DNA of 64,000 nucleotides from Vicugna vicugna (Eukaryota). A model generated the notes under the pieces. The model searched no databases, was not told the DNA's origin, and worked only from the letters and a program-made list of their open reading frames with translations. Numbering within the stretch: position 1 is the first letter of the stretch; every line of letters begins with the position of its first letter. This document shows positions 11,116 to 21,966 of this stretch, one piece after another. A program made the translations under genes and the position numbers. Where the stretch lies: NCBI GenBank assembly GCA_013265495.1, contig MU058636.1, positions 4,375,741 to 4,439,740 of the forward strand. The letters run 5' to 3'.

Positions 11116-11601
11116 TGTTGCAGCAAAGTGTGTTACAGCTCAGTTGGGACAGCAACCTGGGTCCGGGTGAGAGACCAAGCAGCACTTTGAGGGTTGGAGA
11201 ACTCAGGCCTATTACCCTAGTGGGCCTAGAGGAGTTAACACTCCAAGCTCTGGACCCTGCCTGTACGTTTACACAGGCTTTTATAGGCTGCCAGTCTAGA
11301 CTTTGCAACATCATATACAAATAAGGTGTAACAAAGTTGACTAATTAGGAATGAGCTTTGTAGAAATGGACCAATCAGGAGTGAGCTTTATGCAAATGAG
11401 GTGTTACAAATGGACCAATCAGGAGTTAGCTCAGGGACCCAATAGAATCTTAGGAGTAAGTTCCGCTTTCCTAGAAGCAAACGTTTTAGAAGCAAAAAGT
11501 GAGATAATGCTGCTGGGCCAGGGAACTGGATGGTGCTGGCAGGAAAGTAGTGGCCCCGCCTGGGGGTCCTGCCTGCCTTTTTCATGGGGCTTCCCATCTC
11601 A
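11116..11601 (-). mobile_element. ERV1-type solo LTR (486 bp)
   Basis: TG...CA termini; exact 4-bp TSD CCTG (11112-11115, 11602-11605); minus-strand TATAAAA at 11279-11285; internal enhancer-like repeats. Confidence 0.88.
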
Positions 11602-12649
11602 CCTGTGGCTTCCTTTTCTCCCTGGCCAGCTTCGACTGTCCATCCTTTCTCCCCCACCTTCACGTCTTCCTTCAGCACTGCCACTTCTCGTCCTCACTTT
11701 CTTTCCTATTGGACAACACCCTGACATTTTTGTCCTCTCAGGGAGAACATATGATGTATCTGAAAAAACAAACTTTAAGACCACGGTATTTTCTGCGACC
11801 ATCACAGCTGTTCGCGTTTCCTGAAACAGCACTACCTATTTAAAAGGGTTTGGGGTTTTTTTGTTTTTGTTTTTTCTTAAAGGAAGCCATTCGGTGCTTT
11901 GGCTCTTGGGCCACTCTTGCAGCTAGGTGGGTTGGGACTATAAGAAAAGGTTCCTGCCCTCTGGTTACATCACAGATGCTGAGAAGGGCCATTCTGATTT
12001 AGGCACGGCACCGCACTTATTTCTGAACTTTCTCCCCATCTTGCTGTGTAAGTGGCTTATTCCGCAGTAGCTGTGATCCAGGCCCTGTGGGACCACTCCA
12101 GCCTGTCTTAATCATCTATCAATAACATTAAAAGCCTTCCTGGACAATGACGTTTGCCGGCACTCACAGGCCAAATTGGATGAGTGGCTTTTGGATGTTT
12201 TCAGTTTCTACTCGATGTTTGTTAACCAGTTGAGGTATTTATCAGAAATAGCCCTTGGACACAAACACATTCTAGTAGTATGTGCTTTTCACTGTATTTT
12301 TTGCTGAAACTGTAGAACTTGATTTCTTGTTGGATCGTGTCCTTAGCCCCAGAAAGGAATCCTGGAAGTGTTGAAAAGATATCATATGTGAATTACCCCT
12401 ATTTAGCAGAAGATGGTCAAAGCTGGCACAGCCTTCCCAGCTCTCAGCCAGGACTGAGTGTGAGGACTGTTGATGAGGCAGGGAGAGGGCAGGATCCGCA
12501 CCCCGCCTCCTCTCCACCCCTCTCCCCTCCCACCCGACACAGTGCCCCATGCCCACTGACCTAGCGAGGGGCCAGTGCCAGCTGGACCCCAGATTAGAAA
12601 ACGAGAAACAGTCCAAAGCTAGCAAGGGACCCAGGGAAATGGCTGTTGC

Positions 12650-12870
12650 ACTATTGATTTCATTTGGATTCTGAATGTGATTCAGGACGTCAGTGACTTC
12701 TTCTTTGAACTTTGTGTGAAACGCGGGCAATCATGCATGTATTCTTTCCTTTCTATTTATTTTCTTTCTTTCCTTCTTTCTTTTTTTCCTGCAAGAGTCT
12801 ATAGCTTTGATCAAGTTCTTAGATCTTAGAGAAATCCAAGGCTAAAAAGTGTTTAAGAACCACAGTTCTA
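12650..12870. mobile_element. hAT-Charlie-type DNA transposon remnant (MER103-like)
   Basis: gtctatagctttgatcaagttctt...aaaagtgtttaagaaccacag terminal motif. Confidence 0.5.
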
Positions 12871-15668
12871 GTTTTTCTTCCCAGTTTAAAATAGACCTCT
12901 CCTTTGCCGACTGAGAGTTTTATTCAAATTGTCCTGAAAGGGAGAAGTTTGAGGTATTCTAAACCTCCAGATTCAGCTGCTGGGGCTAGGGGCCTTTTAA
13001 ACCCAAACCCTTACCTTCCTGAGCACCCAGTGAATCCAAGAAACCTCTGCATCAGAGGGAGGCTGCCCTGATGAGGCTCAACAGTGTGTGGGGGTGATAC
13101 TGTCCATGCCCAGCAAGATCTGAAGGCTGGGGGAAGATGCTGGGCTGCGTGGCAGAATTGGCCAGTCCAGCTCTTGGAATGACCTTTATTCTTTTGGCTC
13201 AAGTGAGCATAAATTCCTACAACTTTGGTATAACCCCAAATAGCTAGAAGTCCAAATATACTTTCAGAATTCTAAATTCTAAAGTAATTTAAAAGTACAT
13301 GATCTTTTGGATGGGTACTTGAACGATGTATATAAATTAAAGAGATTTCCCTTTTTAAAAATGACTGATCTGAAATAATATGAATCAAAACGAAGTCAAG
13401 TCCTAATCAAGCCCTTTTCACATGCAGTTAGGCTTTAAGAGTTTAAGGACTGTTTCTTTTTTGTGTCACACTATGTGATGAACTGACTTGTATACATACA
13501 AGAGAAAGAAATAAAGATATGAAGTTTCTATTTTTAAAAGTTTCTCTATTAATATCTTTATATCAATATTATTATCAGTATTGCAGAAAAGGTCCAGCTT
13601 TGTTTTAAAGGGGAGACTCTAAGTAACTTTTGTTTTACACTATTTGATTGGCTAAATTCCCTTCAGCTGATCTTTTGAATTATCAGTTCTGCTCACGAGT
13701 TTTATTCTGTGAACTTGAATGAAGTTTCTGGATTTTTGCAAGTTTTTTACTTATTTGCAAAACTTTCCAAGGTTGTCCTTATTTTACTTGAACACCCAGT
13801 AAATGAGAGGGTATACTTTACTGAAAGGAGATCTTGACTGAAGATTAACCAGCCAAAGCAGAAGAAAGTGATGACTGACTGATGTTAATCTGCTTATCCC
13901 AGAGTTGACCATGAACATTTACGGCCTAAGTGCCAAACAGATCCCTCTGTTTATAAAGATGGTGCTGCCTTTGGCATCACCAGTAGCTTAGCACTGTTCG
14001 GAGGGCTTTTGCAAAATTGGTCACTTACTACTTCACAAGCACAACAGAGCCTCATGTATCTATCGTTAGAGGCGAATGTGTTCTAAATAGGTTAGTTTTT
14101 CGGATAACTTAAGCTCACTTTGTTGGGGCTCTTTCTGAAGGGAAGACACTGTCTTCTGAAACAGTGCTGCATTAACTTTCCCTTTTCCGGATGTCTTGGG
14201 CCATCTGGGAATGTACCTTCTGGGGCTGGAAAGCTGTGAATGTGGGGTCATTTGTCTATTAAGCTAAGGTACCCGGATGTCTGTGTTTTCTTACTTATTC
14301 CCTCTGATTTTTATGGACCTTTTTCCTCCACAGCTCACTGTGGTAACTTCCCACACCTGCGGGCATGTTTAGGGTACACTCATTTCCTCTGCTTACCTGG
14401 AGGGCTCCATGCCTTTCCTATGCTATAAAGAGCACTTTAAAAGTTCTGTTCTTTTAAAAATAGTAAGAGAGTTAGGACTGACAACACTTAGTTCAGGGTC
14501 ATGACTCTTACTAGTTTTAATTATTCTCAAAATGAGTGTGGATTAAAGGATGGCTTCCAGTTCATTATAATGACATTGGCAAAATTCCAAAACATACCTT
14601 TCTCTTTAGAAACTGTATGCACAAAGCCCCTTATTTAGCTTCATCTGAAGTCAGTCTACTAATTGTCCCTTTACCAAAAATTTTGGCTTAATTTATGCTG
14701 TATACGGTGTAATGCAGGTAACACAAATGATAAAATAATGCAAATAATAAGGACCTACGGGGAAAGAAAATGAGAGAAAATGAGAATTTTGAAAAGCGTA
14801 CATCACTATGCCTGTAAACATAAGCCTACGAAGTAGGGAGAGATTGGAATATATTCAGAGTTGTGCTTCTCCCAGATTTAAGTTACCGGCCACACATTAA
14901 ATGGCTCGGCGACTTGGTGTCTGTATCTATATCCCTACAAAAAGAATCTTTTCTAGTACATGCTGAACAATCAAAAAAGTAATTTTTATTTATTTTCAGT
15001 CAATTAATTCCTTGGTGAAATTTAGACAGTATCTCCGTATTTCATTATATCTCTTCCGACATTTGTTTCACAATGCTTTTTTCAGCATTGCAAGTAGTTG
15101 CATTTAGACTGTAGATGCAAACATCAACAGCTTCCTTCCTCGGAACTTCTGTAAAGATGTGGTGGCAGTGGCTGTAAGGAGCACAGTTGGAGGCTGTGGA
15201 ACTAGATGGAAACCAGTTTCAGTTACAGAGAGAAGTCTGGTTACCACAGCAACTTCTCCCTTTGTTCTAGAGCAGCATTTCTTTCTTTCTTTCTTTTTTT
15301 TTTTTTCCTTTTCAGTTCCAGACTAGAGTTGTTTACAGTCTTTCTTCCTCACGGATTCCAGTCACCTGGAGATGTGGCAGCTGATCAGCAAAACTGATTA
15401 CTCTGCAGGTGGAAACCAGATAATTTAGGTCCCCAAACCATGCTGGACCAGAAGCATTTAGTTGGCTTTTCTCCACTAATGAAGTTCACAGGATGGTTAT
15501 AAATCATCCCTTTGCATTTAGATTTGAAAATCAGAGCCTCATCACAATGACATTTAGCTGGTCCAGGTGGGAGCCTGAGGAATCTAGGTCAGCTACTTAG
15601 ATAAAGTGACAAATCCATAGGGCAGAGCAAGAACATAAGTTATGTGACTCCTCCATCATTACTATTAT

Positions 15669-15670
<2 letters not shown>

Positions 15671-15727
<57 letters not shown>

Positions 15728-15740
15728 TTATTATTATTAT
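15671..15740. repeat. Compound microsatellite (CTA)19(TTA)4
   Basis: Counted directly: CTA units 15671-15727, TTA units 15728-15739. Confidence 0.97.
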
Positions 15741-16456
15741 ATTGTTCAGGGAAAGGCGCTTAGGGACCTAAGCTGACTTTATTTCCTCTACTGATTTGGG
15801 ATGATAATTTTATCACATGTGACCTTTTTTTGGTAATACTTATTTATTGAACAAAAAATTCATTTGTTATATTTAACATGTTTTTGAAATAGTTTTCATG
15901 TATACATAAACATAATTTTGAAATGTATTTTTATACTTATAATAAAATTTTACTATATTTAATTAACATTAAGTTAATATTTTATTATGTATTTATTATG
16001 ATAGTTGTTAAATTTATTATTAAAATTTTTATTGTTGAATTTATTTTATAAATTAAAAAAACCATAAATCACATGAAAATGTTGGTGTATATTATATCAG
16101 TATGCACTGAATAAAAACTTTAGAAAATGTCTTTATATCAACTACCTGAACATTAAAAAAAAAGTAGATAGCAGTACTTGTTATGTATTTTTATAATTTT
16201 TCCAATTTTCTTTGTTAATAGTATTTTTTGAAAAAGATTTTTTTCAATATAGCCTTTTTTTTTTACAAAGATGCCTGAAAGCATCTTCAGAGTTTCAAAT
16301 TATGGATAGTGGTATCTTCTAATGATTCTTTTTTTTTTTCAGCTTTCAGTTTTATTAGGTAAAATTGATACAGTTTGACTGCACATGTATAGTATATAGC
16401 ATGTAAATACATATATACAATACACTGCATATATTTTTAAAATTTACATATATGTA

Positions 16457-16614
16457 GAGGGAGGGTATAGCTCAGTGGTAGAGCATGTGCCTAGCATACA
16501 TGAGGTCCTGGGTTCAATCCCCAGTACCTCTGTTAAAAAAATAAACAAATAAACCTATTTACCTCCCCCCAAAATAAAAACAAACAAACAACAATCAGCT
16601 CAGACAAAATTTTA
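16457..16614 (+). mobile_element. Vic-1-type SINE nested in the retro-insertion
   Basis: Same tRNA head, linker and tail as the 8090 copy; 18-bp TSD at 16439-16456 and 16615-16632 (2 mismatches). Confidence 0.92.
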
Positions 16615-16814
16615 AAAATTTATGTATATGTACTGTTCATTGTTTCTAAGAACAGTTTAGATCTTTAGCTTTTTAAACTTACATAGTTATCAAAGGAATA
16701 AAGCCAACCACAAAATAAGAGTCAACAGAATGCAGTAATCCAATTATAAAGGACAATCAAATATGCTTATGCATATTCAAGAAATCAGTAATCTAACTTA
16801 TAAATAATACATAG

Positions 16815-17100
16815 TTCGTTTGTATCCTTTTTTTTTGATTCCATATATAAGTGATATCATATGGCATTTTTCTTTCTTTTGCTGGCTTACTTCACTTAGA
16901 GTGATGAGCTCCGGGTCCATCCACGTTGCTGCAAATGGCATTATTTTATTCTTTTTTTATGGATGAGTATATATATATATAAAATAGTTTCCACGTCTTC
17001 CTTATCCAGTCATCTGTTGATAGACATTTGGGTTGTTTCCATGTCTTGGCTATTGTAAATAGTGCTGCTTTGAACATTGGGGTGCGTGTGTCTTTTTCAA
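16815..17100 (-). mobile_element. L1 fragment covering the end of ORF2, lacking most of the 3' UTR and any poly(A)
   Basis: gattccatatataagtgatatcatatgg...cttacttcacttag...gttgctgcaaatggcattatt...ggttgtttccatgtcttggctattgtaaatagtgctgc. Confidence 0.88.
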
Positions 17101-18857
17101 TGTGACTTTTGATTATAATGTCTTAATGAGATCTGCGGTGAGAGGAAGAGGAATCTCAGAGAATGATTATGTGTGTTTAAGTAGCATTCTAATGATTCTG
17201 GAAATTACCTAAGAAAGATATAATTAATTAGATGACACTGCTTCTCAACTTTGGGCCATGTTTCTGCATTTCTCACTTGATTACCTGGAAACTAGTATCA
17301 TTAAACTAAAAGACATCTGCGTTTTATGTCTTGATAGAAAAAAAACGATTAATGATACTTTAGGAAATGCTCGGACTCTAACCAGGAAATGATATCTTCT
17401 CACTAATTTTGCATTCCAGCCTAAAACATTCCCACCTAAGCCTGCTCTATGATTAGAAATATAATAAATTGATAAATCCAGGCATTAGGAAAAATGTAAG
17501 ATTTATTCCCCACCCGCAAATATACTATATTTGTTTAGTTTATTGTCTTCTCAGTAATGAAGAAATTTTATTTACATTTGCATGTCAGAAAATAGAAAAT
17601 TAAATGATTCACCAGATTTACCATTTGTGTAAATATATATAATAAAATATATATTCTATTTTTATACTAGTTAACCATGTTTTGAGACATAAGGCACAGG
17701 AAAGGCTTCCCTGTATGTAGTATGTATATAGTAACTTTCCAGCCCACAGAAGTGGGTTGCATTTTGAACCTATGTGACAAGTAAATACTTCTATCCTCAT
17801 TATCTGAAAGGAAGATACCTAGTGTGATTTCCTGTGTAGGAAAACGCATCTCAGAACACCACCATGAGGATTACGAGGCTTTTGAGTGCTGTAAAGTTGG
17901 TTTTCTGTTTAGACTTACATATATTGTAAGGTACTTAGAAATTACCTGGTGCAAAATAATTTACCATTAACTAGAAATAATTTTAAAGGCCCATAGCCTC
18001 ATAATCTCTTTTAAATAATCTTTATTAGGCACTTACCCACAAGCACACTGTGGTCTGGAGCATAAACTTGGTATTACAGTGTTGCTGACAACTACTTGCT
18101 CAGATTTTACAATGGATCAAAGACAACTTTTATGCTGACAGCTAATACTAGGAGAGTGTCAGTTTCCCTGGCCACACTCTCAGAACCTGCTCCCATCTGA
18201 GACTCTGCTCTCTTCTCCACTAGCACCTACCAGCAGGCCCAGAAATTGGCTGGTCAGACCAGAGGTGTCAGGTAGGTGCCACTGCCTGAGGGAGGTGGAG
18301 ATCATACAAGAAAAATGCAAGACAAAATTCCAGTCTTTAAATAGCTCGGGGTCATTGAATAGTGGAGATGAATGTAAGAGAAACAATGAACTGACTGAAC
18401 TATGGAAAGCTAAGTACTTGATTGTGTGAGGTTCAAAGTTGTTTTCTTAGAGAACCAGCCAAGAGGAAATGGACTGAACTAGGGCTGATTTTGTTAGACA
18501 TAAGGAAGGTCAAGTTTCCCTGGTGGGTTAAGTATGACATAGGACCAGAGCTTGGTAACTCTTAGTACTGGTTCATGGCTTAATGGCTACAACAAATGAA
18601 CCCAGGTCATCCCTGAACCACCCTCATCGTATACTTGACCTTGTGGTAGTTTAGAAAAGGCTGTTTGGCATCAGCTGAGAATCTATACTTCATCTGAGGT
18701 AAAGCTGAGCAATACAATGGGTGACCTCTTGACTACATGATAAGCCAAAAGTTTGGTCTGTAATCCTCCTAGGGGTGTTATGGGGAAGGGAGACAGAGAA
18801 ACTGGCTCATTTGCATGGCATCCTGCCCAGAAAAAAATTTTTCTGATTGCAGCTCTA

Positions 18858-21015
18858 ATTTTTTTTTTAACTCTGGAAAGAGCACTTACCATGAGAGCTA
18901 CCCTTTAAACAAAATTTTAAGTGTGCAATACAGTATTGTGGGCTGTAGGTAAGATGTTGTACAGAAAATCTCTAGAACTTACCTTGTTTAACTGAAACTT
19001 CATGCTTGTTGACTAGTAATTCCCATTTTTTCTGCCCTCAGCCCTTGGCAACCACCATTTCACTCTCGCAGTTTGACTATTTTAGACACTGCATATGAGT
19101 AGAATCATGCAGTGTTTATCTTTCTGTGACTGGCTTATTTTCCTTAGCATCAAGTCCTCAAGGTCCATTCATGTTGCCTCACATTGTAGAATTCCCTTCT
19201 TTTTTAAAGGTGAATAGTATTCCGTTGTTAGCATCTACTGCATTTTCTTTATCCATTCATCTGTCAGTGGATACTTGAGTTGTTTCCACATTTGGCTATT
19301 GTGAGTAGTTATGCAGTGAACATGGAAGTGCTAATATCTCTTCAAGATTCTGATTTCATTTATTCTGAATAAATACTCAGAAATAAGATTGCTGGATCAT
19401 ATGGTAGTTTTATTTTTAATTTTTTGAGAAAGCTCCATACTGTTTTCTATAGCAGTTTTACCATTTTGCATTCCCACCAACAGAATGCCACAGGTTTTTC
19501 CACATCCTTGTCAACACTTATTGTTGTCACTTGGGTTTTTTTGGTTTTTTTTTTTTTTTTTTGGATAATAGCCATCCTGATAGGTGTGAAGTGATGTCTC
19601 ATTGTGGTTTGGATTTGCATTACCCTGGTAATTAGTGACATTGAACATTTTTCATATATCTCTTTGCTATCTGTGTATCTTCTTTGGAAAAATGTCTCTC
19701 TAAATCCTTAGCCCATTTTTAAAGAGTTGTAAGAGTTCCTTACATATTTTGGAGATTAACTCATTGCCAGATGTATGGTTTGCAAATATTTTCTTTCATT
19801 CCGTAAGTTGCCATTTTATTCTGGTGATTGTTTCCTTTGCTGTGAAGAAGCTTCTTAGTTTGATCTTAGAGGCAAAGCTTTCAGTTTTTTATCATTAAGT
19901 ATAATGTGGGCTGTGGGTTTTTCATAACTGGTTTTATTATGTTATTTCTAGTTTGTTTAGAATTTTTAGCATGAAAAGGTGTTGGGCTTTGTCAGATGCT
20001 TTTTCTGTGTTTATTGAGATGACTATGTGTGTGATTTTTATTTTTCATTCTGTTAATATGGTATATCACATTAACTGATTTTCACATATTGAAATATCCT
20101 TCCATCCTAGGGATAAATCTCACGTGGTTGTGGTGTATGATCCTTCTAATTTGCTATTAGCTTTGGTTTGCTAGTATTTTGATGAGGAATTTTACCCATG
20201 TATTCATCAGAGATACTGGCTGTAGTTTTTTCTTTTCTTGTTTATTTGTCTAGTTTTGGTGTCAGGTGAATATTGGAAGATGTTTGGAAGTGTTCACTCC
20301 ACTTCCATTTTTGGAAGAGTTTGAGAAGGATTGGCACTAATTCTTCTTTAATGGGTAGGATTCACCATGAAGCCGTGTGGTCCTGAGCTTTTCTTTTTTG
20401 GGAGATCTTGCTTACTGATTCAGTCTCTATACTAACCGTAAGTCTGTTAAGGCTTTCTGTTTACTGATGATTTGGTCGTAGATTGTATATTTCTAGGAAT
20501 TAATCCATATCTAGGTTATCCAGTCTGTTGTTCATAGTAGCCTCTTATGATCCTTCTTATTTCTGTGGCATCAGTTGTAATGACTCTTCTTTCATCTCTC
20601 ATTTAATTTGATCTTCTTTTTAATCTTAGTCTATCTAGCAGTTTGTTAGTGTTGCTTATCTTTTCAAAAACTAACTGGAAAATTCACAAGTACATGGAAA
20701 TTAAACTACATACTCTTGAACAACTGTTAGATCAAAGAAGAAAATCAAAGACAGCACTAGAAAATACCTCAAGACAAATTAAAATAAAAACAAAAAATAC
20801 CCAAACTTATGGGATGCAGCAAAAACAGAAGAGGAAAGTGCATTGCAATAAACGTTTGCATTAAAAAAGGAGAAAGATCTTAAATAACCTAACTTTACAC
20901 CTTAAGGAGCTAGAAAAAGGAGCTTAAACTTAGCAGAAAGAAGGAAATAACAAATATTATAGAAGAGAAAAATGAAATAGAAAAACAATAGGAAAAAATA
21001 AAAATTGAGTTGGCA
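18858..21015 (-). mobile_element. Old L1 (L1MB1/L1MA10-like), 5'-inverted, with an internal deletion
   Basis: Poly-T and antisense L1 3' UTR/ORF2 from 18858 to ~20676, then sense ORF2 segment ~20673-21013; degraded TSD tgattgcagct (18844-18854) / tgattgcaact (21018-21028). Confidence 0.88.
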
Positions 21016-21709
21016 TTTGATTGCAACTTTTCTTAACTCTAAAATTAAGATAATATATGTGCCTGCAGTAGCCAATTTAATGCAAGCAGGTATCTATATC
21101 CACATGATTTGGGGCAGAAATATGATTATGCAGGGACAAAATGTGTGTCAGTGTACTCACAAGAATGCTTCACCATGCCTCTCAGCTTAGGAATATAGAC
21201 AGTGTTCATCCTGAGACCGCTTTACTGCTGGACCATTTGTTAAAGAATTATTTCACTCAGGTGGTGTCTGCAGAGGGCTCCGAGGCTTCACGTTCAGTTA
21301 CTTAGTGTGCACTAATTCTTTGCTAGGGTGCACCATGAAATGATGCTGGACGTCTGGTTTTTGCTTGATTCACCTTTTTCCCTGTCTAAAGCAGTCTCCA
21401 GTGGGGACAATAACCTAACACACTGAGTTTAGTATAAACAGGAAATCTGGCAGCAATAACTGGACCAAGGGCTAACTTTGCAAAGCCAAGTTTTAATGAG
21501 TAATTTGCAAAGTAATTAATCAGGAGGCCACTGTCCGGAGGAAATGGGGTGAGCGCATTCCACACTGACTTGGTGCCTTTCCTGGCTGCCTGCGGTGATA
21601 GTATTTCATGGGCCTACCCTCCTGATGACCAGAAAGCTTCTCCAGGTAACTTACCTTTACCAGGATCAAAGGGAGACCGTTGTGAACTCCAGAATCCACT
21701 TCTTTAGTC

Positions 21710-21966
21710 TAGACAACTGCAGATCATGGCCCATTAATGATCCATCAGTGGATCAGAAAATCAATTTAGTGATTCAAAATCATCTATTTTTAAAAAATTA
21801 AATAGAATAGACAAAAAATATCAAAATGTGTCATGTAAGGTTAAATATTTTGCAAAACAAGTTTTTTTATACACTTGTGAATATCTGTACACCTATGTTG
21901 GTACTGGATTGCAAAGAATATCTTTTTCTTACTGTGGATCTTGGTCCGAGAAGCTTAAGAGTCAGC
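21710..21966. mobile_element. hAT-Charlie-family DNA transposon remnant
   Basis: cagtggatcagaaaatcaatttagtg...aaatagaatag...tttcttactgtggatcttggtc resembles Charlie4/MER119-type consensus. Confidence 0.55.

Larger units (their letters stand above)
16330..17186 (-). pseudogene. L1-mediated composite retro-insertion (non-TE 3'UTR-like sequence plus internal L1 fragment); source gene unknown
   Basis: Perfect 13-bp TSD TTCTAATGATTCT (16317-16329, 17187-17199); T11 tail 16329-16339; minus-strand AATAAA at 16351-16356. Confidence 0.75.

Noticed and set aside
11364..11426. CRISPR-like direct repeats
   Set aside because: Only two exact copies, inside an LTR U3 in mammalian DNA; no cas genes
15830..16260. 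Extremely AT-rich stretch as an organellar insert or functional element
   Set aside because: No mitochondrial gene similarity recognised; looks like low-complexity or decayed repeat DNA
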